A stretch of DNA of 64,000 nucleotides from Candidatus Shapirobacteria bacterium (GTDB taxonomy: Bacteria; Patescibacteriota; Microgenomatia; UBA12405), in contig VFLE01000055.1 in assembly GCA_009885205.1 (NCBI GenBank), forward strand, positions 11,236 to 75,235, read 5' to 3'. The notes under the pieces are model-generated. The model saw only the letters and a program-made list of their open reading frames with translations, had not been told where the DNA came from and did no database searches. Positions 1 through 8,985 of the stretch are shown here, one piece after another; position 1 is the first letter of the stretch; every line of letters starts with the position of its first letter. Both the position numbers and the translations under genes were made by a program.

Positions 1-464
1 TGCTTGATTTGCATGGCTAATTCACGAGTCGGCGCCATAATTAAAACCTGTTGTCGAGGATTTTTTAAAATTGAATTAATTAGGGGAATAGCAAAAGCGG
101 CAGTTTTACCGGTACCGGTAGCAGCCAGACCTAAAACATCTTTACCTTCTATAATTGGAATAATGGCTTGGTCTTGGATTTGGGTGGGTTTGGTAAAACC
201 TTTGGCTTTGACATTGGACAAAAGAGTGGGATTTAAATTGAAATCGACAAAAGTGTGAACGGTATTTTGTTCTTCAATTTTAACCATAGCTTCGGCTTTT
301 TTGACAAAAAGAGCTGGGTTCATTTTAGTAGCCATAAAACGAGGTCGACCACCACTGCGCACAGGCGAGGCAAAGCGACGAGGATAACTGCCACCAGTCG
401 AAGGTCGACGAACGGCACTACTAAAGTTTTTAAAACCACCACGAGAAGAATTGTTGTTGTACAT
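1..464 (-). CDS. DEAD-box RNA helicase, N-terminal part (runs off window start)
   Basis: Manual translation from ATG at 464: Q motif GFTKPTQIQ, Walker A AATGTGKT, motif Ia PTRELAMQI; R/G-rich N-terminus. Confidence 0.9.
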   Translation of the reverse strand, partial: MYNNNSSRGGFKNFSSAVRRPSTGGSYPRRFASPVRSGGRPRFMATKMNPALFVKKAEAMVKIEEQNTVHTFVDFNLNPTLLSNVKAKGFTKPTQIQDQAIIPIIEGKDVLGLAATGTGKTAAFAIPLINSILKNPRQQVLIMAPTRELAMQIK

Positions 465-629
465 ACAAATAAATTAAATTTTAGGCAAATATCATCAAAT
501 TGATGACTTAGTTGCCCTTAATAATTATTTGTATACTTAGTACACGAGGGCAAAAATAGATTTCACAGCCTTAACTAAAATCAGATTGTATTGTAGCACA
601 ATGCGGAAATAATGCAAGGAATGGTTAAA

Positions 630-669
630 CCCCTCAGTCCTGCGGACAGCTCCCCTTGACAGGGGAGCC
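630..669. repeat. REP-like double hairpin (GTCC-TGC-GGAC, GCTCCCCT-TGAC-AGGGGAGC)
   Basis: Inverted repeats visible; shares the TGAC loop with 2989-3020. Confidence 0.6.
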
Positions 670-692
670 AAAAAATATAGTAAAATAAGCAA

Positions 693-2210
693 GTGAATAG
701 AATTACAGTAAAAATTGCTGGGCCGGCGGGGATGGGAATAAAATCGGCGGGATTGTTGTTAGCTAAAATTGTAACTGAATGTGGTTATTATTTTGCCGAT
801 TATTCGGAATATCCGTCACTAGTCCGGGGAGGACACAATACTTATCAAATAACCTATTCAACAGAAGAAGTGTTTATGGTTGATAAAAAGGCCGATGTTT
901 TGGTGTCACTAGTAAAAGATCATGAAGAAGATAGGGTAAATTTGTGGGAGATTCCCCTACCTAACAATATATTTGCTAATACAGTGGCAATCGGGGCGTT
1001 AATGTATAGATTAAATCTGGATAAAAAAATTGCTTTAAAAATTATTAAAGAAAGATTTGGAGATGATGGTAAAAATTTAGAAGCATTTGAGGAAGGATAT
1101 GAGTGGGCAAAGACAAACTTCAAACTTAAAACTTCAAACTTAAAACTTAAAAACGAAGAAATTGATAATGGTGACAAAAAAATGATTATGGATGGAAGTG
1201 AGGCAGTAGCCTGGGGACTGGTAAAAGGGGGCTTAAATTTTTTTGCGGCCTACCCTATGACGCCAGTATCAGGAATTTTGCATTTTTTGGCCAAAAATCA
1301 GGATGAATTGGGGGTGAAAGTTTACCATCCTGAAGATGAAATTGCGGTAGCGTCAATGGCGACCGGGGCTTCAATTGCCGGTGGTCGGTCGGCGGTGGCC
1401 ACCTCGGGTGGTGGATTTGCCTTAATGACCGAGACGGTTTCACTAAATGGAGCTATGGGTGTCGGGGTGGTTTATATCATGGGACAGCGTCCAGGACCGG
1501 CAACTGGCATGCCGACATGGACATCACAAGGAGATTTGTTGTTTACAGTATTTTCGGGTCATGGTGAATTTGCCAAAATAGTACTGGCGCCCGGATCCAT
1601 CGAAGAATCTTTTGAAATGGGACAAATAGCCATAAATTTGGCTAATAAATATGATGTGCCAGTAATTGTGTTGATGGATAAAATGATATGTGAGGGAGCG
1701 ACAAATTTAAATGATTTATCAAAAGAAAAAATAGAAATAATAAAATCTAGTAAAATTGTCCCTGGTCAAGGCGAATATTTATATAATAGTTATGAACACG
1801 ACGAACAGGGTTTTTCGGTGGAAGACAGTGATGGGGCTAAGATGGGGATGGAGACAAGATTAAATAAACTAGAAGAAGCTAAAAAAGATTGCCCCAAAGT
1901 TTTATTGTTAGGGTCGAAAAAATCCAAAAAATTAATTGTGTCATGGGGGTCGACTAAAGGAACAATACTCGAGGCACTAAGGGGGCGAGATGATTATGCC
2001 TATTTACAGGTAAAAACACTATGGCCTATAAACAAGGAAATTGGCAAAATTATAAATGGATTTGAAACAAAAATATTGATTGAAAATAACGCCACCGGGC
2101 AATTGGGACAATTGTTAAAATCCCAAATGAATATTGAATTTGATAAAACAATTTTAAAATATGATGGTCGACCATTTTTTCCAAGTGAATTAAGGGAGGA
2201 ATTAAAATGA
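693..2210 (+). CDS. 2-oxoacid:ferredoxin oxidoreductase alpha subunit (gamma-alpha fusion)
   Basis: GPAGMG..SAG, RGGH, AYPMTP, EDEIA, ATSGGGF, QRPGPATG motifs. Confidence 0.92.
   Translation: MNRITVKIAGPAGMGIKSAGLLLAKIVTECGYYFADYSEYPSLVRGGHNTYQITYSTEEVFMVDKKADVLVSLVKDHEEDRVNLWEIPLPNNIFANTVAIGALMYRLNLDKKIALKIIKERFGDDGKNLEAFEEGYEWAKTNFKLKTSNLKLKNEEIDNGDKKMIMDGSEAVAWGLVKGGLNFFAAYPMTPVSGILHFLAKNQDELGVKVYHPEDEIAVASMATGASIAGGRSAVATSGGGFALMTETVSLNGAMGVGVVYIMGQRPGPATGMPTWTSQGDLLFTVFSGHGEFAKIVLAPGSIEESFEMGQIAINLANKYDVPVIVLMDKMICEGATNLNDLSKEKIEIIKSSKIVPGQGEYLYNSYEHDEQGFSVEDSDGAKMGMETRLNKLEEAKKDCPKVLLLGSKKSKKLIVSWGSTKGTILEALRGRDDYAYLQVKTLWPINKEIGKIINGFETKILIENNATGQLGQLLKSQMNIEFDKTILKYDGRPFFPSELREELK
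1114..1148 (+). repeat. 5x heptamer (C/A)AAACTT inside the OFOR alpha linker
   Basis: caaactt caaactt aaaactt caaactt aaaactt. Confidence 0.85.
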
Positions 2211-2827
2211 TTAATATAAAATCACAAAATATTCCCACTTGGTGTCCGGGGTGCCATGATTTTATTATTTATGCTTGCATACTTCAGGCAGTAAACAAAA
2301 TAAATATTGATTTAAAAAAACTAGTGATTGTTTATGATATTGGTTGTAGTGGCAATATGGCAGATTTTTTAAAAGTTTTTGGGGTGCATTCATTACATGG
2401 GAGATCAATACCGACGGCGGTGGGGATAAAATTGGCTAGACCTGATTTGACAGTATTGGTAGTGGGTGGTGAAGGAGGAATTTATGGTGAGGGGATGTCT
2501 CATTTGATTGCTGGAGCTCGCCTTAATATTGACTTGACAGTATTGGTAGCCAATAACCAACTTTACTCCCTAACTACTGGTCAAACTAGCCCAACTACTC
2601 CCAAAGGGAGTAAAACAAAATCGACACCGAAAGGAGCTCCCAGTATCGAGGTTGAACCAGTGGGATTGATAAATACAATTAATATGGAAGCACAAGCAGT
2701 TCATGTAACTTGTCTAAAACCAATGGAGGTGACTGAGGCTATTGTAAATGGGATTGAAAATAAGGGATTTAATTTGGTGGATATTGATCAACTGTGCGTT
2801 ACTTATAGCAAACAACTACAGTCATGA
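2207..2827 (+). CDS. 2-oxoacid:ferredoxin oxidoreductase beta subunit (TPP-binding, short)
   Basis: WCPGC, DIGCSG, HSLHGR, NNQLYSLTTGQTSPT, QLCVTY. Confidence 0.9.
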   Translation: MINIKSQNIPTWCPGCHDFIIYACILQAVNKINIDLKKLVIVYDIGCSGNMADFLKVFGVHSLHGRSIPTAVGIKLARPDLTVLVVGGEGGIYGEGMSHLIAGARLNIDLTVLVANNQLYSLTTGQTSPTTPKGSKTKSTPKGAPSIEVEPVGLINTINMEAQAVHVTCLKPMEVTEAIVNGIENKGFNLVDIDQLCVTYSKQLQS

Positions 2828-2976
2828 AAAAGAAAAATAATGAAATTATGATTGTGTCGCAAGTTTATGAAGAGGCGTATATCTGGGGTGAAGATATGCA
2901 AAATCTAAAACAAACAATTAAAAGACTAAAGATGTTTGTGAAATCGAAAGTAGAAAAACAGAGTGCAGAGTGTTAA
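2824..2976 (+). CDS. 50-aa hypothetical protein coupled to OFOR beta
   Basis: ATGA overlap with the upstream stop; MKKKNNEIMIVSQVYEEAYIWGEDMQNLKQTIKRLKMFVKSKVEKQSAEC. Confidence 0.5.
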   Translation: MKKKNNEIMIVSQVYEEAYIWGEDMQNLKQTIKRLKMFVKSKVEKQSAEC

Positions 2977-2988
2977 AACCCATTTCAA

Positions 2989-3020
2989 TCTCCCCTAGCC
3001 CCTCTTTGACAAGAGGGGGA
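2989..3020. repeat. REP-like hairpin CCCCTCTT-TGAC-AAGAGGGG with C-rich leader (may also act as terminator)
   Basis: Inverted repeat 2999-3018. Confidence 0.55.
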
Positions 3021-3095
3021 TAAAACTTGTTTTTTATTTATTTTTTCATTGGGTGAGTCACAGATTTTGCATATATAATTTCGTTTGAAATATCG

Positions 3096-3127
3096 TTGTA
3101 GAGACGCCCCGCGGGGCGTCTCTACAA
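3096..3127. repeat. GTAG palindrome 1 (core CCCCGCGGGG, extends to 32 bp)
   Basis: TTGTAGAGACGCCCCGCGGGGCGTCTCTACAA is a perfect palindrome. Confidence 0.95.
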
Positions 3128-3193
3128 AAAATCTCATTGGCAAATAATTATCAAGCTAAATTCTAGAACCTAAACAAAATACAAAATGTTAAA

Positions 3194-3272
3194 AGAGACG
3201 CCAAATTTGGTGTCTCTACAATGACACGAATATGCCGAATATTGGGGAATAAATGCATCGAAACAAACAATG
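3194..3272. repeat. GTAG palindrome 2 (degenerate, core CCAAATTTGG) plus conserved tail
   Basis: AGAGACG-CCAAATTTGG-TGTCTCTAC followed by a tail shared with the 9620 and 56146 copies. Confidence 0.85.
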
Positions 3273-3275
3273 TTT

Positions 3276-4004
3276 TTATAAAACAAAGAATAGTATTCCA
3301 GATAAAATCAGTGTATAAACCCCAAAATACCAAAAGGAGTTTTTTTGGAGGATTTTGCGAAGATAGTAGAGGGCAATGATTCCAGTTATGGTGGTTAGAA
3401 TAAAAGTTGTGATAGAAACCGGATTAAAAAAAGAAGTAGTAAGCAACATTTTGTAATCGAGAACAATGGCGCCGAGGGAAGCGATAATAAAGAGGCAGAA
3501 AGAAAAATTAAAGGCTGCCAATGGGGCTAGACCGAGCAACAGGGCCGTGGCAATGGTGGCACCGGACCGGGAAACGGCGGGTAAGATGGCAACTGCTTGC
3601 ATTAATCCTATGATAAGGGCGGATTTGTAATTTAGTTTATTATTCTTAATTTTTATAAACTTGGTAGAGAACAATAAAATAGTTGTAATTAAAAATTCGT
3701 AAGGCATGAATTTGACACTGGAAAAGGTTGATTCGATAAAATCACGAAAAAATATTCCGGCAATAATAGCAGGGATAGTGCCAACGATTATATATTTTAA
3801 ATTGTCAAAAAAATATTTGATTTGATTCCTGAAGAAAAAAATGACCGAAAAAAGAGTGGCGGTGTTTAAAAATATATCGAGGGAAAGTGATGGAGTCAGG
3901 CCGAAAAAATGTTGAAGTAAGTTTAAATGGCCTGAAGACGAAATTGGCAAAAATTCAGTAATGCCTTGGGTGAGACCGAGGAGATAGGATTGAAGTGCAG
4001 ACAT
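3276..4004 (-). CDS. uppP: Undecaprenyl-diphosphatase
   Basis: QGITEFLPISSSGH and PAVSRSGAT motifs; multi-TM; start moved to ATG 4004. Confidence 0.92.
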   Translation of the reverse strand: MSALQSYLLGLTQGITEFLPISSSGHLNLLQHFFGLTPSLSLDIFLNTATLFSVIFFFRNQIKYFFDNLKYIIVGTIPAIIAGIFFRDFIESTFSSVKFMPYEFLITTILLFSTKFIKIKNNKLNYKSALIIGLMQAVAILPAVSRSGATIATALLLGLAPLAAFNFSFCLFIIASLGAIVLDYKMLLTTSFFNPVSITTFILTTITGIIALYYLRKILQKNSFWYFGVYTLILSGILFFVL

Positions 4005-4027
4005 GGAAAATAATAGCACAAAACAGA

Positions 4028-4429
4028 TTATCTCTTTGGAGATTGTTTCTTGTGTCTGGCTTTGCCACCAGTTCCAACCATACGGCGTTCACGGACGCGA
4101 GAGTCGACAGTTAGTAATCCGGCTTGTCGTAAGACCAAGGTAAAATCAACATCAATTTTTTGTAAAGCCCGGGCAATAGCCAGGGTTAAAGCTTCGCGTT
4201 GACCCTCTTTGCCACCACCAATGATTTTGGCCTCAAAATAATATTTGCCAGTGGTTTTGGTTTCAGTAAAAGGTTTATTTAAAAATGTGTGAGTGGTAGG
4301 GAAATAAAGATCAACTGTTTTTTTGTTGACAGTTGAAATTTCTTTGCCTGTAAAAAGCTTGATAGTAGCAACAGCCGATTTGCGTCGACCTAGAGCCGAG
4401 GTATATTTTTTATTTGATTTTGTCACCAT
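4028..4429 (-). CDS. rpsI: 30S ribosomal protein S9
   Basis: GRRKSAVA, GGGKEGQ, C-terminal QSPKR. Confidence 0.95.
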   Translation of the reverse strand: MVTKSNKKYTSALGRRKSAVATIKLFTGKEISTVNKKTVDLYFPTTHTFLNKPFTETKTTGKYYFEAKIIGGGKEGQREALTLAIARALQKIDVDFTLVLRQAGLLTVDSRVRERRMVGTGGKARHKKQSPKR

Positions 4430-4829
4430 ATTGATGTTCACTTCCAGTAAATAATTTTAAGCGAGCTAAACGACGATCACGTTGTTTATTTTTGGGGAGC
4501 ATGCCGTTGACACCATGCATAATGACTTGACGGGAGTCTTTGGCCATCATGTCTTTTAAGCTCATTTCTTTTAAATGGCCGGCAAAGGCGGTGTGATGAT
4601 AGTAAATTTTGTCGGTTAATTTTTTGCCAGTAACAACAACTTTGTCAGTATTTATGGCAATAACGAAATCACCATCATCGCGTTGAAAAGAAAAGGATGG
4701 TTTGTCCTTACCCATTAAAATATGGGCAATTTGGACACAAACACGACCCAGGGTTTGACCTTCGATATCGACTAAATGCCATTTGCGGACAACAGTATTT
4801 TCTTTGGTAATAGTTGATCTTAATTTCAT
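4410..4829 (-). CDS. rplM: 50S ribosomal protein L13
   Basis: RKWHLVD..GQTLGR, GMLPKN. Confidence 0.95.
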   Translation of the reverse strand: MKLRSTITKENTVVRKWHLVDIEGQTLGRVCVQIAHILMGKDKPSFSFQRDDGDFVIAINTDKVVVTGKKLTDKIYYHHTAFAGHLKEMSLKDMMAKDSRQVIMHGVNGMLPKNKQRDRRLARLKLFTGSEHQYGDKIK

Positions 4830-5248
4830 TTTATTTTTTTAACTTTAACTGTCTTTTTAATAATAATTTTTTCTTCAATTTTTGGAGTAACTAAATCTTT
4901 ATAAAAAGATAATTTTGATATTAGGGCGTTGTCACCTTGACGTAATTTTACCCTTTGAATTTTTAAAAAGTTGCTAGTACGACCAGAAAGTGAGGATTGG
5001 ATTTTGGCGACAATTTCGGTGACAAACTTATCATCATCAAAAGTTTTATTGATTTCTTTGATGTCATTAATACCACCCTTAATAGCCAAACCAGTAATTT
5101 TTTCGGCATTATTTAATATTGATTTTAATTTGGCTTCGGTGGAAGTAATAAAACCATAAGTAAATAAAGAACGAAGCATACTTCTAAACAAAGACCAACG
5201 TAACTTGGCGGTTCTGTTTAATTGTCGACCTAAAATCCGATGTCTCAT
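4826..5248 (-). CDS. rplQ: 50S ribosomal protein L17
   Basis: MRHR..GRQLNR, RQGDNA; follows rpoA. Confidence 0.92.
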   Translation of the reverse strand: MRHRILGRQLNRTAKLRWSLFRSMLRSLFTYGFITSTEAKLKSILNNAEKITGLAIKGGINDIKEINKTFDDDKFVTEIVAKIQSSLSGRTSNFLKIQRVKLRQGDNALISKLSFYKDLVTPKIEEKIIIKKTVKVKKIK

Positions 5249-5251
5249 TTT

Positions 5252-6172
5252 TTATTTGCTCCAGGAATAGCCTTTGTCTTTGAGCCAGGCATCGATAACT
5301 TTTAATGATTTTTCGCCAACATTTTTTGATTTGGAAACTTCACCGCGTCCAGCTTTGGTGAGACTATCGATATTGCCGAAACCAGCTTTCTTTAAAGCAT
5401 TGGTAACACGAAGAGGTAATTCGATTTCTTCGACGGAAATGTCAGATAAAAGACTGCCGGGGTTACTAGCAATAGTAATGACTTCGTCGCTAAATTCTTG
5501 GGTGTCAAAAATTTGACCAAGAGAATTAATTAAATCTTTGGCGGCAGATTTTAAGGCAACTTCGGGAGTGACTGAACCATCAGTCCAAACATCCATAGTT
5601 AATTTGTCGTAATTTGATTTTTTACCAAGGCGAGTGGGCTCAACTGTATAATTGGCTTTTAAAACTGGAGTAAAAGTAGCATCAAGAATAATTTCGCCAA
5701 CAACATCGGTTTTTTGTTCTTTGGCCATGGTGTAACCAACACCGCGTTCAACTTGAAGCTCGATTTTTAGTTTGGCTTTGTCGTCAGTTAGAGTAGCAAT
5801 AATTTGGTCGGGGTTAGCAACTTTGCAAGAAGTTGAATCGGCAATATCACCGGCGGTAATCACACCTTTACCTTTTTTATCCAAAACTAAGATAGTTGGA
5901 TCTTCTTGATTATAAGTAAATTTTACTTTTTTAAGATTTAGGGAAACTTCAACTAGATCTTCTTTGACTCCTGGTAGAGTGGTAAAAAGATGGGTAGCCC
6001 CGGCTATTTTAATCCGAGTAATGGCGGCTCCAGGAACAGTGATAAGTAAAACTCGACGGAGCGAATTGCCCAAAGTATGGCCAAAACCACCAAATAATGG
6101 ACTCATTTCAAACTGACCAAAAGTGGCAGTTGATTTAAGTGTTTTGAGATGAAAATGGCTGGTGTCAATCAT
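5252..6172 (-). CDS. rpoA: RNA polymerase alpha subunit
   Basis: GFGHTLGNSLRRVLL, alpha-CTD LPLRVTNALK. Confidence 0.96.
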   Translation of the reverse strand: MIDTSHFHLKTLKSTATFGQFEMSPLFGGFGHTLGNSLRRVLLITVPGAAITRIKIAGATHLFTTLPGVKEDLVEVSLNLKKVKFTYNQEDPTILVLDKKGKGVITAGDIADSTSCKVANPDQIIATLTDDKAKLKIELQVERGVGYTMAKEQKTDVVGEIILDATFTPVLKANYTVEPTRLGKKSNYDKLTMDVWTDGSVTPEVALKSAAKDLINSLGQIFDTQEFSDEVITIASNPGSLLSDISVEEIELPLRVTNALKKAGFGNIDSLTKAGRGEVSKSKNVGEKSLKVIDAWLKDKGYSWSK

Positions 6173-6181
6173 ATTTTTGTT

Positions 6182-6814
6182 TTACCTTGAATAATAATCA
6201 ATAATTAAATTGATGTTGACTCCAGAAATACTAGAATCAACAACAGGTAGAGAGGCTGTTTTAAAAGAGAACTTGGATTTGTTTACTTCAATCCAGTCTG
6301 GTGATTTATAATCTTTATCAGATATACGTAATAATTCGCCAGACTTGACAATTATTTTTGGATTTAATGAGATTGTGTCTCCAACTTTAACTGAGTATGA
6401 GGGAATATTGAGGATTTTATCATTAACTAAAATTTGTTTGTGAGAAACTAGTGATCGAGCATGGGAACGGGATAAAGCTAGACCAGACACAAAAACAGCG
6501 TTGTCGAGACGACGTTCGAGAAGTGAGAGTAAGTTTTCACCAACTAATCCTTTCATTAGTTTGGCTTTGTCGTAGTAATTTCGGAATTGGGTTTCAAGTA
6601 GTCCACCATAATAACGCTTGGCGAGTTGCTTGGCACGAAGCTGAATAGCAAAATCGGAAAGTTTTTTAGTTCGTTTGAGACCGTGCATACCAGGGCGAAC
6701 GGCACCTTTTTTATCTATGGGACATTTGGGAGACAAACAACGAGCGCCTTTCAAAAAGAGCTTTGTGCCTTCAGTTCGGCATAATCGACATTTAGTATCA
6801 AGTGTAGAACGCAT
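6182..6814 (-). CDS. rpsD: 30S ribosomal protein S4
   Basis: CRLCRTEG.KLFLKG.RC, LERRLDN. Confidence 0.96.
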   Translation of the reverse strand: MRSTLDTKCRLCRTEGTKLFLKGARCLSPKCPIDKKGAVRPGMHGLKRTKKLSDFAIQLRAKQLAKRYYGGLLETQFRNYYDKAKLMKGLVGENLLSLLERRLDNAVFVSGLALSRSHARSLVSHKQILVNDKILNIPSYSVKVGDTISLNPKIIVKSGELLRISDKDYKSPDWIEVNKSKFSFKTASLPVVDSSISGVNINLIIDYYSR

Positions 6815-6822
6815 AGTTTTGT

Positions 6823-7239
6823 TTAGGCACGTCGCTGTTTGGGCGGACGAGGACCATTGTGAGGGATGGGGGTAATGTCAGAAATTTGTTCAACTTCAAA
6901 ATCTCGTTTAGAACGAAGATATCGAAGAGCCGCATCACGACCAGTACCTGGACCCTTTAAATAAACAAATAACTTTTTGACTCCATGTTTTTTGACTTCT
7001 TCCAAAGCTCGTTCAATAGCGGTAGTGGCAGCAAATGGAGTAGATTTTCTTGACCCCTTAAAACCACAACGACCACTAGACGACCATGACAAGGTTGAAC
7101 CGGCCATGTCAGTAACCGTGACTAAAGTGTTGTTAAAAGTTGATTGAATAAAAAGTTTGGCATCAGAAATATTTTTAAGGACACCTTTCTTTTTGGTGGA
7201 AATTTTTGGTTTGTTTTTTGGTTCTTCTTTGGTGGTCAT
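6823..7239 (-). CDS. rpsK: 30S ribosomal protein S11
   Basis: STFNNT, GFKGSRKSTPFAA, DITPIPHNG. Confidence 0.96.
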   Translation of the reverse strand: MTTKEEPKNKPKISTKKKGVLKNISDAKLFIQSTFNNTLVTVTDMAGSTLSWSSSGRCGFKGSRKSTPFAATTAIERALEEVKKHGVKKLFVYLKGPGTGRDAALRYLRSKRDFEVEQISDITPIPHNGPRPPKQRRA

Positions 7240-7244
7240 ATTAT

Positions 7245-7664
7245 TTATTTTTTAGTAGGAGCGGCGGCGGCTTTTTGTTGAGTTTCAATTTTTGCCCAAG
7301 CTTCCTTAGTAAGTGAACCAACTGTTTTCTTTTTACCTTTACGAGTCCGAGCATTGCTTTTGGTGCGTTGGCCACGAACAGGCAGGGAAACAATGTGACG
7401 AATGCCTCGGTAGCAACGAATGGCTTTGAGTCGATCAATATTTTCGCGAATTTCGCGTTTTAAATCGCCTTCGGTTTGAAAACCTTCAAGAGCTTTCATT
7501 AAATCACTGATTTGGTCACGGGTTAGGTCTTTAATACGAGTGTTTAGGTCGATATTAGACTTTTTGGCCAAGTCAATAACATTTTTTGGACCAATACCAA
7601 AAAAACGAGTTAGGCCGACTTGGGCGCGCTCATTATCAGGGATATCAATACCGGAAATTCTCAT
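7245..7664 (-). CDS. rpsM: 30S ribosomal protein S13
   Basis: YRGIRH..LPVRGQRTKSNARTRKG. Confidence 0.96.
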   Translation of the reverse strand: MRISGIDIPDNERAQVGLTRFFGIGPKNVIDLAKKSNIDLNTRIKDLTRDQISDLMKALEGFQTEGDLKREIRENIDRLKAIRCYRGIRHIVSLPVRGQRTKSNARTRKGKKKTVGSLTKEAWAKIETQQKAAAAPTKK

Positions 7665-7667
7665 AGT

Positions 7668-7781
7668 TTAGCCCTGCTTTTGGGTATGTCTCTTGGTGGA
7701 ACAAATAATTCGACGAAGGCCACGACGAATGACGACTTTACAATTTTTACAGCGGACTTTAATGCTAGATTTGACCTTCAT
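7668..7781 (-). CDS. rpmJ: 50S ribosomal protein L36
   Basis: Manual translation MKVKSSIKVRCKNCKVVIRRGLRRIICSTKRHTQKQG. Confidence 0.95.
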   Translation of the reverse strand: MKVKSSIKVRCKNCKVVIRRGLRRIICSTKRHTQKQG

Positions 7782-7843
7782 AGAGATTGACTTTGGTATT
7801 TTACCCTAAGTAAGTAAGAATATCAAAGAGTAAGTTTAACATA

Positions 7844-8050
7844 TTAACCACGATAAACAATACGACCTTTGTTGCCATCGGGGGATAAGACCAGAGAAAC
7901 AGTGTCACCTGCGAGACAACGAATGTGGTTTAGACGTAATCTGCCGGCAAGATAGGCAACAATTAACTTTCCATCTTCGAGCTTGACTCGAAATAATTGA
8001 TCAGGAAGAACTTCGGTGACCAAAGCTTTGACAGTAATATCTTGTTTCAG
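7844..8050 (-). CDS. infA: Translation initiation factor IF-1 (non-ATG start, CTG or ATT)
   Basis: Manual translation KQDITVKALVTEVLPDQLFRVKLEDG..AYLAGRLRLNHIRCLAGDTV..KGRIVYRG; syntenic position. Confidence 0.9.
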   Translation of the reverse strand: MKQDITVKALVTEVLPDQLFRVKLEDGKLIVAYLAGRLRLNHIRCLAGDTVSLVLSPDGNKGRIVYRG

Positions 8051-8130
8051 AATTAATTTTTAATTTATAAAAAAATTTATGTTTAATTTTACCTTAAATC
8101 GATGAGAAATGTGGAGGTTAATAGTAATTT

Positions 8131-8985
8131 TTATAGAAAAATAATAATTATTCCTATTAAGGCAATTATGGCTGCGATAGTTTTAGGTAACAGATTCGTT
8201 TCTCCATATTTCTTATTTGATATCCATAAAGAGAAAAAAGTTTTGAAAGAAATCAATGCAGAAACAATACCTACTGGAAGTAATTTATACCCAAAATTAA
8301 TTGAGACAAATGAGATTGCAGCCATTAAACCGACTAAAAGTAACAATTTGTTGGCTGATTTGTTTTCTAATCGATAGAGACTACCTTTTTTAAATAAAAT
8401 AATTATGTAATTAACAATTATTAAGCCCAAGGTAAGGTAGACAGCATAGGTAAATGGTGACGATAGTTTTATTGATTGTTTGTTAAATAAATTAATGGCG
8501 GTGACAAATAAATAATAAAAAATAATTTCTAAATAATTTATGCTTACTTTTTTACTTTTTAGTTCGAATAAGGTTAATAAAACGAAAGCAAAAATAATTA
8601 CACCGATACCAATAAGTTGTTTACCAACTAACAACTCATTAAAAAATATTGCTCCAGCAATAGTAGTAAATAAAATTTCTAGAAAAGCTAAGCCTTCGAC
8701 AGATGAAAAATCATGTTTTTGATATAGATATACTTGATATATTCCAAAAAAGACATTTACCAATAAAGTTGCAATAAACCAGGTAATAAATGCACCACTA
8801 ACTTCAAAAAGATTGGTATTAAAAATTAAGGCGATTAATAATATAAATGGAAACGAAGTAACCCGATAAAATAAATTAACCGATTCTTTGGAAACTTTAT
8901 ATTTACTTAAGTCTTTAACGAAAGAATATCTAAATGTATATCCAATTGAAGCTAGAACAGTAAGAAGTGCACCTAAAATGCTCAC
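8131..8985 (-). CDS. EamA/DMT family transporter
   Basis: About 10 TM segments in two repeats; IFFNE motif. Confidence 0.75.
   Translation of the reverse strand: MSILGALLTVLASIGYTFRYSFVKDLSKYKVSKESVNLFYRVTSFPFILLIALIFNTNLFEVSGAFITWFIATLLVNVFFGIYQVYLYQKHDFSSVEGLAFLEILFTTIAGAIFFNELLVGKQLIGIGVIIFAFVLLTLFELKSKKVSINYLEIIFYYLFVTAINLFNKQSIKLSSPFTYAVYLTLGLIIVNYIIILFKKGSLYRLENKSANKLLLLVGLMAAISFVSINFGYKLLPVGIVSALISFKTFFSLWISNKKYGETNLLPKTIAAIIALIGIIIIFL

Noticed and set aside
4-503. Plus-strand ORFs 4-258 and 255-503
   Set aside because: Antisense shadows of the DEAD-box helicase.
7791-7829. Imperfect hairpin between infA and rpmJ
   Set aside because: AT-rich single instance; cannot be distinguished from chance without comparative data.
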